Origin: a virus
Length of the DNA stretch: 64,000 bases
Direction: 5' to 3' (one strand)
IMG/VR virus record: IMGVR_UViG_3300040751_002535
The position numbers were made by a program, and so were the translations under genes. Shown here in pieces: positions 44,815 through 54,782 of the stretch. The notes below the pieces were generated by a model. The model did no database searches and was not told the origin of the DNA. It worked only from the letters and a program-made list of their open reading frames with translations. The first letter of the stretch is position 1, and each line of letters opens with the position of its first letter.

Positions 44815-47800
44815 ATGGCACTACCAAGCTGGACTAAAATATCAGGATCAGAACTTGCAAGTATACAAGAAAGAACTGATGTTAGCATTGCATTACCGCT
44901 AGAAGAAACAAGTGGTATAACAGTTACGCTGATATCTGGTGCATTGCCAACTGGACTTCGTATTAATGATTATCGTATAAAAGGTGTTGCAGTCGAAGTT
45001 AGTAAAACCACTGAGTTTGAGTTTGTTTTGAGAGCAAGTAATATTGAAGGAATAGCTGACAGAACTTACAAAATCGTAGTTGAAGGAGCCGATGCTCCTG
45101 TGTGGCAAACACCCGAAGGTGAACTAGGATTAACTAGAAGTTTCAGAAATCAATACTGGGTCGATACTCTTAATACCGAGTGGGGAATATATGAATCAAA
45201 TGCTGGTAGCAGTTGGTTGGCTGTTGATGTTGATGTGTACGAAACTATTCCGAGTAGAGAAACAGGTAATAGTGGCGACTATGCTTATGTAAGCAGTTTA
45301 AAACAGTTTTGGTATAAAGTCGATACACGCTGGTATAGAATAAACACAACACAAATACAAGGCATACTTGGTAATGATAAAACACTTGCTATTTCAAGTA
45401 CTGTGCCTAATCCTAACATAGATGATTTTTGGTTCAACACCAATAAAAGCAACGACGGATTAAATCTAGTATTAAGATATTGGGACGAAGTTGCAATGGT
45501 ATGGAAGCCACTAGATTATGTTGTAAGTAAAACACCTCCAATATCACCGTTTGAAGATCAGATATGGGTTCACATTTTTGATGATACATTTGACTTTCAA
45601 ATAAAAGTTTATAATGACAGCGAAAATATTTGGGAACTGGTTGATGCTACTTATAGTACAACTCCTCCAGATAGACTTAATATTGCTTACTTTATTTTAG
45701 ACAGCAGCATAGTTGACTTTCAGTTAGAAGCAATAGATAGAGATTTAACAACTGGACAAAGTCTAAGATATTTTATTGCAGATGAAGACGGAGAGTTGCC
45801 TCCAGGTCTGAAACTTACAGAGGATGGAAAAATATCAGGTATTGTTGATCCATTATTATCTTTGGATGTGGATGACGCAGCAGGGTATGACACCGGCGAG
45901 TACGATACTGTACCATTGGACTTGGTTGTATTGGACGACGATGGCTACGATAGTTATTTTTATGACACTACATTTTATGGATTTAGTACACCAACAAGAC
46001 GTCCAACAAAACTAAATCGCAAGTATACCTTTTCTGTAACAGTCGAAGATGATACTAGTTTTAGCAAACGTGAGTTTAGTATTTTTGTTGTAGGAGATGA
46101 CTTCTTGCGTTCAGACAATACTATTATGAAAGCTGCTACAGGATTATTTACAGCAGACAACACATATCTACGCAAACCAGTATGGCTAACATCTGGAAAT
46201 CTTGGAGTCAAGAGAGCAGAAAACTATGTTACCATCTTCTTGGATGTATACGATCCAAACTCCTTACTAGGTCAAATAAGCTACAATCAACAACCATTTA
46301 ATGACGATGGCACTCCAAGTGTGCTGCCTCCAGGGTTAGTACTCGATGGAATCACAGGAGAACTAGCAGGAACAATACCATATCAACCAGCTGTTAATAG
46401 AGAATACAAGTTTACTGTCGAAGCATTGAGACAAGAAGTAGATAGCGATGATGTAGTAGAAATAAATATCGGTGTATATGAAGATACACTCACCGGCACA
46501 TCTCAAATAAAAATAAACAAACTTCCTATTAATAGAGACGACGGTGTCGACGATCTATTAAGTCTCATTGAGCAAGACATAGTTATTGATAATCTAAGTT
46601 ACACTGTAAGAAGTGTTAACAATGAAAATTCTGAATACGACTTATTAAATCTTAGTAGACCTTTGGAGCCAACATACAAAGCTAAACGTATTAAAACTGC
46701 ATATAATAATGCCATTGGGCAGGATTATATATACATACTTGATGACGGCGATAATAGAGTAGATGCTTGGAAAAATAAAACACTAAAATATAGTGCATCT
46801 GAAGCATATACTTTAGTAGATAATGATAAACAAAACATTCTTGGAACAACTATTACACGCAAATGGCATACTATGGTAAGATACACTATCGATGCTGGTG
46901 ATAGTTCGGGAAACTTAGATTTAAACTACGGTGTTGCTAATATAGTTGATACGGGCGATTATGTAGCAGATTTTGAAACTTGGCTAGCAGGCAAAGGTAT
47001 TGATACTACATACTTGTACAAAAGAGTAAGCTCAACACCTACACAACTAATATTTGATATCCCACGTAACTCTATTGTTGAAAATACTATTATGAATCAA
47101 AACCTGTTTCATACCGATGACAGTGTGTATGGAAACTTGGAAATAACTCGTGGGCAACAGTTCTTTAAAGTATTTTTAGATAACACACTGCAACGTGCAT
47201 TTAATCTATCAAATACGTTAGACGAACAATCAGGTCCGCAGATTACATTAGGAGTGTTTAAAGATACACTGATTACTAAAAAAATCGGTGTAACAAATGT
47301 TGATACTATAAGCACTATAAAAACATTCACTGTAAATATATTAGGAGAAGTTGATAGTACAGTAGCATGGATAACCAAGCCAGACTTGGGTACTATTCCT
47401 GCTAATAGAACAAGTTACTTACAACTAGTGGCTAATACTACGTTGGCAGGTAGTAATTTAAGATATGATTTAGTTGGAGGAAAGTTGCCCAACGGATTAA
47501 CACTAAAACGTGATGGCGAAATAGTTGGAAAGCCCAATCAGTATACAACTGGAACAACATTAGGGTTGACCACCATTGATACTAGAACAACAACATTCGA
47601 TAATAGCACTACAACCATTGATAGAAAATATGTATTCAAAGTTCTAGTACGTGATTTGTTTGGTTATAGTAATAGTATACAAGAGTTTACACTAAATGTT
47701 ACAGATACAGATGATAAAGTATATTCAAATGTGTTTATCAAGCCATACTTAAAACCATCACAGCGTACAGTTTTTAACAACTTTATCAACGATTACACAA

Positions 47801-48738
47801 TATTTACACCTGAAAGTATATATCGTCCCTACGATGAAAACTTTGGTCTTAAGAAAGACTTAACAACGTTGGTATATGCAGGCGTCGAATCTAAAAAGTT
47901 AGCTAACTTTGTTGCTAGTACAGCATTAAATCATAAACGCAAACGTTTTGTATTTGGAAACTTAAAAAGCGCAGTTGCTAAAAAAGAAGGAACAAATGAA
48001 GTTTTATATGAAGTTGTGTATGTCGAAATAACAGACCCACAACAGCCAACCAAAGGTAATACAGCAGTATCAATAACATCGCCTACTGCAAACGATTTAA
48101 AAATAAATCAAGTTAAACTTGAAGTTAAAGATGATCAAAGTTCAGCAGAGGTTGGACTTGATACGTTTCGTATAACAATGCGTGAAGGTGATCCAGTAAG
48201 AATAGCTGCTAGTAGTGGTAGTATTTCTATTACGACACGAAGTGGTGAAGTTGATGTTCCAGCACTTGGACAACTTGAAATAGTTTTAAACTCAGGACTA
48301 GTGGTTGTTGTTAGAAGCAGTTCAACCACATCAACATCAAGTGGAGACCCATTTAGATTTAGGCCAAAAACAAATGTACTAACAGTTGACAATGTTGGTG
48401 TAAAAACAAGTCAAACTCAAAATGTAAAAAGATTTATTAGTAACATAGGAAATATGAGAAAACGTATTGCTGATATTGGTGCAAATGATAGACAGTTTTT
48501 ACCTTTATGGATGAGAAGCAGTCAAACAACTACTGGACAAGAGCTTGATTATATAACAGCAATGCCTATATGTTATTGCAAACCAGGAACAAGTGCAAGT
48601 ATTATTGAGAATATTCAAAATGCAAACTTTGATTTTAGTCAGCTAGATTATGACATAGATAGATATATAGTTGATAGAACAGAAAATAACGAAAACCAAC
48701 AGTTCATTCTGTTTAATGATTACAAACTAAATGTATAA
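44815..48738 (+). CDS. large baseplate wedge-like protein with Ig-like (He_PIG-type) modules
   Basis: Four G.LP.GL.L...G.I.G-type modules; 1307 aa within the structural block. Confidence 0.65.
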   Translation: MALPSWTKISGSELASIQERTDVSIALPLEETSGITVTLISGALPTGLRINDYRIKGVAVEVSKTTEFEFVLRASNIEGIADRTYKIVVEGADAPVWQTPEGELGLTRSFRNQYWVDTLNTEWGIYESNAGSSWLAVDVDVYETIPSRETGNSGDYAYVSSLKQFWYKVDTRWYRINTTQIQGILGNDKTLAISSTVPNPNIDDFWFNTNKSNDGLNLVLRYWDEVAMVWKPLDYVVSKTPPISPFEDQIWVHIFDDTFDFQIKVYNDSENIWELVDATYSTTPPDRLNIAYFILDSSIVDFQLEAIDRDLTTGQSLRYFIADEDGELPPGLKLTEDGKISGIVDPLLSLDVDDAAGYDTGEYDTVPLDLVVLDDDGYDSYFYDTTFYGFSTPTRRPTKLNRKYTFSVTVEDDTSFSKREFSIFVVGDDFLRSDNTIMKAATGLFTADNTYLRKPVWLTSGNLGVKRAENYVTIFLDVYDPNSLLGQISYNQQPFNDDGTPSVLPPGLVLDGITGELAGTIPYQPAVNREYKFTVEALRQEVDSDDVVEINIGVYEDTLTGTSQIKINKLPINRDDGVDDLLSLIEQDIVIDNLSYTVRSVNNENSEYDLLNLSRPLEPTYKAKRIKTAYNNAIGQDYIYILDDGDNRVDAWKNKTLKYSASEAYTLVDNDKQNILGTTITRKWHTMVRYTIDAGDSSGNLDLNYGVANIVDTGDYVADFETWLAGKGIDTTYLYKRVSSTPTQLIFDIPRNSIVENTIMNQNLFHTDDSVYGNLEITRGQQFFKVFLDNTLQRAFNLSNTLDEQSGPQITLGVFKDTLITKKIGVTNVDTISTIKTFTVNILGEVDSTVAWITKPDLGTIPANRTSYLQLVANTTLAGSNLRYDLVGGKLPNGLTLKRDGEIVGKPNQYTTGTTLGLTTIDTRTTTFDNSTTTIDRKYVFKVLVRDLFGYSNSIQEFTLNVTDTDDKVYSNVFIKPYLKPSQRTVFNNFINDYTIFTPESIYRPYDENFGLKKDLTTLVYAGVESKKLANFVASTALNHKRKRFVFGNLKSAVAKKEGTNEVLYEVVYVEITDPQQPTKGNTAVSITSPTANDLKINQVKLEVKDDQSSAEVGLDTFRITMREGDPVRIAASSGSISITTRSGEVDVPALGQLEIVLNSGLVVVVRSSSTTSTSSGDPFRFRPKTNVLTVDNVGVKTSQTQNVKRFISNIGNMRKRIADIGANDRQFLPLWMRSSQTTTGQELDYITAMPICYCKPGTSASIIENIQNANFDFSQLDYDIDRYIVDRTENNENQQFILFNDYKLNV

Positions 48739-48741
48739 ATA
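48734..48741 (+). promoter_or_regulatory. T4-type late promoter
   Basis: Perfect TATAAATA. Confidence 0.7.
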
Positions 48742-48763
48742 CTGTTGCTAGAGAGGAAATAAC

Positions 48764-49354
48764 ATGGCAAGTAATATTGTACCCGATACAATCGACGATA
48801 CATATCCAGTCGCTGGACAGGATAATAATAGTCAAGGATTTAGAGATAACTTCAACATTATAAAAACAAACTTCACGAGTGCAAAAAGTGAAATTGAAAC
48901 CTTGCAGAATAACACTGCTAAAACAAATGCAGACAACGTATTTTTTGAAAACACTCTTTCTAGATATACCAAGCTACAAGAAACTACAACACACGTTGGT
49001 CCTACTAATGTCAGTAGTGCTACACCATTGAGTTTTGATGCTGGACATTTTTATACCATAGTAGCTTCAAACGATGTTACATTAACACTTGAAGATTGGC
49101 CTACAAATAATGAATATGCCGAAATGTTAATACAAGTGTATGGCGATGGCGCTGTTAATAGAACAGTAACTTTTGCATCAACTTATAGTGCAGGTGCAAG
49201 TCAAATGAGAGTTGACGGAAGCACTGAGTTTGGTGGTGGTGCAGCTATTACAACAAATACAGTATTAACTCGTAGTCATCTTGTCAAGGCATTTACATAT
49301 GACAATGGAACAAATGTTTTCCTACAATATTTAGGAACATTTGCAAACGTATGA
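48764..49354 (+). CDS. virion structural protein
   Basis: YPVAGQDNNSQGFRDNF N-terminus, beta-rich C-terminus, late promoter. Confidence 0.6.
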   Translation: MASNIVPDTIDDTYPVAGQDNNSQGFRDNFNIIKTNFTSAKSEIETLQNNTAKTNADNVFFENTLSRYTKLQETTTHVGPTNVSSATPLSFDAGHFYTIVASNDVTLTLEDWPTNNEYAEMLIQVYGDGAVNRTVTFASTYSAGASQMRVDGSTEFGGGAAITTNTVLTRSHLVKAFTYDNGTNVFLQYLGTFANV

Positions 49355-49587
49355 TACATCCTCATCAGCCTGATTTAAGTGAGTTTACAGAAACACAACT
49401 TGAAGAAAAGTTACTCAAGTTGAATCATATGTATTTCATAACCGATAATCCTGATGTAAGACAGCAGATGATTTTGTTAATAGATGGCTACAAACTTGAA
49501 ATAGAAGCTCGTAGAGCAGCAGCTAGAAGAAAACAAATTGAAGATCAAGAAGATAATTCACTTGACGATTTAATAAATGTAAGTTAA
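49351..49587 (+). CDS. hypothetical protein
   Basis: 78 aa, ATGA coupling. Confidence 0.6.
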   Translation: MIHPHQPDLSEFTETQLEEKLLKLNHMYFITDNPDVRQQMILLIDGYKLEIEARRAAARRKQIEDQEDNSLDDLINVS

Positions 49588-49590
49588 ACT
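49562..49590 (+). promoter_or_regulatory. sigma70-like promoter (leaderless)
   Basis: TTGACG, 17 nt, TAAACT; ATG at 49597 without SD. Confidence 0.6.
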
Positions 49591-49596
49591 TACTGT

Positions 49597-50118
49597 ATGC
49601 TAATGAAAACAGACACTCTCGGTATCCCACGGTTTACAAACAAAGACTTAATCGATATGATCTATAGTGGTCATGCGGATAAAATGCATGTGGTATTGTG
49701 CGATGCTAACGACGATGTAGACAAGTTCAATGTCGCCATGGAAGAGCAAGGCTTTGATAAACTACAAAAGTATATCCCCTTAGATGTAGACCAAAAGACT
49801 TTTGACGGTGCGTTACAGAGTGAATGGTTTATGCCAGATGAATATAAAGAACTCAGTGTGTCTGCACATGTTTTAGATCGTTGTACAACTGATGCACAGC
49901 GACAGCGAGTAGAAGAAGAACTTACAGCGTTCAATGAACGAGGACTAGTTCCTTTACTACAATATATGATCTATCTTGTAGACTTTATGCGTGAGAATGA
50001 TATTGTATGGGGTGTAGGACGTGGATCGAGTGTAGCAAGTTATGTACTGTATTTGATTGGTGTGCATCGTATTGACAGTATTAAATACGATTTAGACTGG
50101 CGTGAATTCTTACGATGA
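49597..50118 (+). CDS. DNA polymerase III alpha (DnaE)-like fragment
   Basis: RVEEEL...YLVDF......VWGVGRGSSVASYVLYLIGVHRID..KYDL...EFL; ends before the PDxDxD motif. Confidence 0.8.
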   Translation: MLMKTDTLGIPRFTNKDLIDMIYSGHADKMHVVLCDANDDVDKFNVAMEEQGFDKLQKYIPLDVDQKTFDGALQSEWFMPDEYKELSVSAHVLDRCTTDAQRQRVEEELTAFNERGLVPLLQYMIYLVDFMRENDIVWGVGRGSSVASYVLYLIGVHRIDSIKYDLDWREFLR

Positions 50119-51992
50119 ATATTTACTTGGTTCAAGCAAGTGATAATCATGGACCAAATAAGTTTTTACCACTTGCAATAGGGTATCAATGGTGCTATGG
50201 TAAAAACGATAACTGGACTCTTAAAGACGTTCTTATAGAAAAAATTAATCCTATAGATTATGTAGCAACTATGCAACAACCTAAACTAGTTGCAATGAGT
50301 AGTTATGTATGGAACTGGGAATACAACAGAGAACTTGCCATACAAATCAAACGTAAGTTTAGACAATGCAAGATTATTACAGGCGGCCCGCAAATAAACA
50401 AGTACGATCCTGATTTCTTTGACAAGCATCCTATGTTTGATGCGTTTGTACACGGCGAGGGCGAAGAAGCATTTAAGCGCATACTTGCAGGTGATGACTG
50501 GAAAGATATTCCCAACGTACAAACATTGTATCATATGCCAGAGCCAGCAGTGCGTAGGAAAAACATAAATGATATACCTTCGCCTATACTAGAAGGCTTT
50601 TATGAACCTATTATGGCAAAGTATCCTGAGGACACCATGTTTCAAGTTACTTGGGAAAGTTTGCGGGGCTGCCCATACCATTGCAGCTTTTGTGATATAG
50701 GGGAAAGTTACTGGAATAAACTTACACTGTTTGATATGGAACGTTGTAAAGCAGAAATAGAATGGATGGGTAAAAACCGTATTGAATATGTTAGCGTGTG
50801 CGATAGCAACTGGGGCATGTTGGATAGAGATTATGAACTAACACAACACGTATTAGAAACAAAGAAAAAATACGGATACCCCAAATGGTGGGATGCAACT
50901 TGGAGTAAAAATAATCACGATAAAAACTATGCGATAGCAAAATATGCACACGATAGTGGCGTTGATATTTTCAAAGGTATTACAGTAGCATTACAAAGTT
51001 TTAACGATGATACATTAGAACATGTAGATAGATTTAATTTGGACTTTGACGAACTTAAAAAATATTTTGATCAGTATAAAAAAGATGGTATTAAAACTTA
51101 TAGCGAACTTATATGGCCATTGCCTGGAGAAACATTCGATAGTTTAAAGTCTGGTATACAGCAACTTATAGATGCAGGACAAGACAACTATCTCATGATA
51201 CACCCATTAGTTGTTACTGACAACTCTCCAATGGGTAACAAAACATATCAAGAGCAGCATGGTTTAGATGTGCGTAAGATAGCATTAGACACTGTGTATT
51301 TAGATGCAGATGAAAAATATATTACGGAATACACTGATGTAATATACGCTACAGACACAGCAGACCACGATACAGTTATCGAAGGGCACATGTATAGTTG
51401 GTTAGTAATATTAATGTATTACTATGGTTGGGGACATTATCTTGCTAAGTACATGCGTAAGCAAAATATTTTAGAAACTGACCTGTATTATAAACTATTT
51501 GAATGGATCAAACACAATCCGGGATTATTACATGACGAATACATAGAAACTAAAAAAAGTTTTGAAGATGTATATGCAAAACGTGCATTGTGGGGTAGAC
51601 AAGCATTTGGTGGAGACGATATGCTTTGGGAATACAAAGGCGCAAGTAGTGCAAGGATAAGTAAAGCAGTATATAGACTAGAAACAGATTTATATAACTT
51701 TTTATTAAGTACAAAACTAATATCGGAATGGAAAGTACGTGATATTGTTGCTCTCAATCTTAGAATGTGCAGAGAAAAAGATATGGAATATCCTATTACT
51801 GTAACTGTTTTAAAAGAAGTTGCACGTGATATGGTAGGTATTGATGCAGATCGTATACATATCGATCATTTTGATAAAACAACACCAACAAACGATTGGC
51901 ACAGAAAAGCATATCATTATCAAAGAAAAATAGGATACTGGAAATGCAATGCATCAAAAAGTAAAAAACCACTTGACATATGTCATAAGTAG
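50115..51992 (+). CDS. B12-binding radical SAM protein
   Basis: SSYVWN, GGPQ, HGEGE, RGCPYHCSFC, DSNWG, LPGET. Confidence 0.9.
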   Translation: MNIYLVQASDNHGPNKFLPLAIGYQWCYGKNDNWTLKDVLIEKINPIDYVATMQQPKLVAMSSYVWNWEYNRELAIQIKRKFRQCKIITGGPQINKYDPDFFDKHPMFDAFVHGEGEEAFKRILAGDDWKDIPNVQTLYHMPEPAVRRKNINDIPSPILEGFYEPIMAKYPEDTMFQVTWESLRGCPYHCSFCDIGESYWNKLTLFDMERCKAEIEWMGKNRIEYVSVCDSNWGMLDRDYELTQHVLETKKKYGYPKWWDATWSKNNHDKNYAIAKYAHDSGVDIFKGITVALQSFNDDTLEHVDRFNLDFDELKKYFDQYKKDGIKTYSELIWPLPGETFDSLKSGIQQLIDAGQDNYLMIHPLVVTDNSPMGNKTYQEQHGLDVRKIALDTVYLDADEKYITEYTDVIYATDTADHDTVIEGHMYSWLVILMYYYGWGHYLAKYMRKQNILETDLYYKLFEWIKHNPGLLHDEYIETKKSFEDVYAKRALWGRQAFGGDDMLWEYKGASSARISKAVYRLETDLYNFLLSTKLISEWKVRDIVALNLRMCREKDMEYPITVTVLKEVARDMVGIDADRIHIDHFDKTTPTNDWHRKAYHYQRKIGYWKCNASKSKKPLDICHK

Positions 51993-52001
51993 TTATAGTA
52001 T
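51973..52001 (+). promoter_or_regulatory. sigma70-like promoter
   Basis: TTGACA, 17 nt, TAGTAT. Confidence 0.6.
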
Positions 52002-52022
52002 AATAATTGGAGATATTAAAAC

Positions 52023-52439
52023 ATGGGAACTAGACAAAAAGGTCGTAAAACATACAGAAGTATGCAAGGTAGAGTTGTAGACTTAGATATGTTGATTAAA
52101 AGAAATGAACTTACTCCTGCCGTCGGCAATGCTAGAGTAAATGCTAGAGGCGACGAGCTAGGACCAGGTGGAAAAATTATCCGTAAACGAGAAGAAGTTG
52201 TAAAGGATTATTATAGTACAGGAAGTGAACCTGTACAACATGAAAAAAGTGCAGCTCAAACTGAAGAGCTAACACAAGCAGAACAAGAAGAGTTGATGGC
52301 GTTTGATGAAGAAGTTGTTCCCGCAAAACCAAAAGCATCGCCTCCTAAATCAACTCCAACTCCTAAACCCATAACAGCCCAGACTCAAGATGAATGGGTT
52401 GAAGACGAAGATGGCAATTTTATAAAAAAAGGTGATTAA
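52023..52439 (+). CDS. conserved hypothetical phage protein
   Basis: YRSMQG..VD...NE..AVGN.RVNARGDELGPGG; Pro-rich linker. Confidence 0.65.
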   Translation: MGTRQKGRKTYRSMQGRVVDLDMLIKRNELTPAVGNARVNARGDELGPGGKIIRKREEVVKDYYSTGSEPVQHEKSAAQTEELTQAEQEELMAFDEEVVPAKPKASPPKSTPTPKPITAQTQDEWVEDEDGNFIKKGD

Positions 52440-52846
52440 TGGCATTAAACATGAATACAATAAAAGGTACTCTAACTCCTATTAATGATAGAGTAATTGT
52501 AAGCAATATGTACTTTGGAGAGCAAACTCTTAAAAGTGGACTTATTATTAGTGATGATAACGGATCAACTCGTGGTATCTATCCACGCTGGGGACAGGTA
52601 CATGCAAAAGGTCCTAAAAATGATTCAGCATATCAGATTGGAGATTGGGTATTGATTGAACACGGACGCTGGACTCGAAGTGTAAAGATTGATGAAGGTA
52701 CAGGCGAGCTAGAGCTACGTATGGTAGATGCAGATTGTATATTAGCATTTAGTAATGAAAAACCCACTGGTGTACAGTTTGGTAAAGAATACAACGATGG
52801 TGATCATGCAACGATTAGTCCAGAATCATTTGGAGCCGGCGCATAA
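52439..52846 (+). CDS. groES: co-chaperonin GroES-like protein
   Basis: LTPINDRVIV...KSGLII...G.V.A.GP...GDWVL. Confidence 0.8.
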   Translation: MALNMNTIKGTLTPINDRVIVSNMYFGEQTLKSGLIISDDNGSTRGIYPRWGQVHAKGPKNDSAYQIGDWVLIEHGRWTRSVKIDEGTGELELRMVDADCILAFSNEKPTGVQFGKEYNDGDHATISPESFGAGA

Positions 52847-53202
52847 TGACAAACCCATTTAAAGATATTGACACGTTTGCAACAGCGTGTGACCAACCGC
52901 CTAGTGAAGCAAACTACAAAATGTACCTCAGTCTCATTGACGAAGAATACGATGAACTGTTAGATGCTGTAGTAGCACAAGATCGTGTAGAACAGCTTGA
53001 TGCACTAGTAGATATTCTTGTTGTAACTATGGGCGCTATTCGTGCAGCTGGCTGGGACGGCGAAGCGGCTTGGAAAGAAGTAATGGACACGAACTTTGCA
53101 AAGATTGATCCAACTACAGGCAAAGTACGCAAACGTGAAGATGGTAAAGTACTCAAGCCAGAAGGCTGGAAAGCACCTGAACTAGCACAGTTTGTAGGCT
53201 AA
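52846..53202 (+). CDS. all-alpha NTP pyrophosphohydrolase (MazG/PRA-PH-like)
   Basis: EEYDEL...DALVD...EV..TN.AK...REDGKVLKP.GW. Confidence 0.85.
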   Translation: MTNPFKDIDTFATACDQPPSEANYKMYLSLIDEEYDELLDAVVAQDRVEQLDALVDILVVTMGAIRAAGWDGEAAWKEVMDTNFAKIDPTTGKVRKREDGKVLKPEGWKAPELAQFVG

Positions 53203-53205
53203 ATA
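53200..53205 (+). promoter_or_regulatory. T4-like late promoter
   Basis: TAAATA upstream of AAGGAG and GTG 53224. Confidence 0.55.
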
Positions 53206-53223
53206 CTACAAAGGAGAACTGCT

Positions 53224-53847
53224 GTGAATAAATCTGATATCAAAAAAGCAATTATTAGAAGTCAACATTGTCAACGTAACTGGGATTTAAGTAAAACTAT
53301 TCCAGATGAGGATATCGAGGTTATTAGAACAGCCGTTGCCGATTGTCCTAGTAAACAAAATGTAGCATATTACAAAGTTATATTTGTTACAGATAGAGAT
53401 AAGATTGAACGTATATATCAAACAACCAACGGTTTTATCTCTAACTTTCAAACAAATGAAACTGTCACAAACAGTCAGGTATTAGCAAATTTATTGGTCG
53501 TATTTGCTGAATCAAACGAAGAACCAAAAGAAAATATTTTTGGAGATGTATTTGTTCCAAGCAAGGATTTAGAAAAGCCTGAAGACTTGCTCAAAGACAA
53601 ACACATGGCAGTGGGTATTGCAGCAGGATATGCAAATATTACAGCAAGTATGCTAGGTTATAGCACAGGTTGTTGCGCATGTTTTGATCCTGCACAAGTT
53701 GCAGAAATATTAGATATTGATACACATGTACATTTGTTGATGGGTATAGGATTCAAAGACGAAACTCGTCCACGACGTGAACATCACGCAGAGGATTTTG
53801 TTTTTCCCACCAAGAAGAAACAAAAAATACAAGTGGATAAATGCTAA
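53224..53847 (+). CDS. nitroreductase-family flavoprotein
   Basis: CQRNWD...PSKQN...A..LGY.TG...L.MGIG. Confidence 0.75.
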   Translation: MNKSDIKKAIIRSQHCQRNWDLSKTIPDEDIEVIRTAVADCPSKQNVAYYKVIFVTDRDKIERIYQTTNGFISNFQTNETVTNSQVLANLLVVFAESNEEPKENIFGDVFVPSKDLEKPEDLLKDKHMAVGIAAGYANITASMLGYSTGCCACFDPAQVAEILDIDTHVHLLMGIGFKDETRPRREHHAEDFVFPTKKKQKIQVDKC

Positions 53848-54749
53848 ACGGTAGAATACTTAAAAACGAAAAAATACTAGTTCATGCATTACAATGGTAT
53901 ATCGGTCATAGTTGTAACTTAACTTGTACAAACTGTAGTAACTTTAATAACTTTGCTATTAGTGGACAAGAAAAGTTTAGTGACTTTGCAAGAGAAGCAC
54001 AGAGATGGAGTGAAAAACTTCATGTAAATGATTTTGGTATTATTGGTGGCGAACCTTTTACAAACAATGATTTAGATAACTGGGTTCACGGATTACGTGA
54101 TGTATTCACTTGTAGAGATTTTAGAGTGGTAACAAACGGGACTTTATTATCTAAACATGCAGATAAAATGAAAGCCTGGTTTGACAGAGGAGTTACTGTA
54201 GAACTTAGTTTTCATTCGCAGGATCATGTTCCTAAAGCATTTAAAATCATTGACGAAGTTCTAGATGGCAAATACGAAAAGTACAAGGTAACAAAAAACA
54301 ACTTTATCAAAGATCAAGCACGCCATGCTGGATGCTATTACGAAGAAGCTATTCTTGTAGGTGATCATCCAGCATTTATAATAAACTACAAAGACAAGTT
54401 TATGCCATGGGGTGTAAAAAGTATCGACAACGGTGTTTATAACTTTTATGAAAGTGATAGAGAGCAAGCACACACTGCATGTTGGCACAATGATTGTCCG
54501 TATATATACAAAGGTAAAATGTACAAATGCGGCACTGTTGTAGGAGCACAAGCGTTTGTTAAGAAATATCCTGTAAGAAAACAGGATAAAGATCTATATG
54601 AAAGCTATAAACCCATTGATGCATTTTCAAATACACTAGAAGAACAGGTATCTGCACTTTCAAATAGTGTACCACAATGTGTATTATGTCCTATTAACTC
54701 TGGTAGTGTAGAAAAGATTTCACTTGACAAAAAGAAAATTATGCCGTAG
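53841..54749 (+). CDS. radical SAM protein
   Basis: CNLTCTNC, GGEP, TNG, C-terminal C...C...G..YKC...QC.LCP. Confidence 0.85.
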   Translation: MLNGRILKNEKILVHALQWYIGHSCNLTCTNCSNFNNFAISGQEKFSDFAREAQRWSEKLHVNDFGIIGGEPFTNNDLDNWVHGLRDVFTCRDFRVVTNGTLLSKHADKMKAWFDRGVTVELSFHSQDHVPKAFKIIDEVLDGKYEKYKVTKNNFIKDQARHAGCYYEEAILVGDHPAFIINYKDKFMPWGVKSIDNGVYNFYESDREQAHTACWHNDCPYIYKGKMYKCGTVVGAQAFVKKYPVRKQDKDLYESYKPIDAFSNTLEEQVSALSNSVPQCVLCPINSGSVEKISLDKKKIMP

Positions 54750-54752
54750 TAT
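54724..54752 (+). promoter_or_regulatory. sigma70-like promoter
   Basis: TTGACA, 17 nt, TAGTAT. Confidence 0.6.
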
Positions 54753-54782
54753 AAAATATACAAAACAACAACGAGGCATATT

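Noticed and set aside
35272-48738. Numerous short minus-strand ORFs inside structural genes
   Set aside because: They are antisense shadows of Thr/Ala/Gly-rich codons, without RBS, promoter or recognisable motifs.
53224-53847. Nitroreductase as BluB (B12 lower-ligand synthase)
   Set aside because: Attractive given the B12 enzymes, but I cannot see BluB-specific motifs; only the generic nitroreductase fold is supported.
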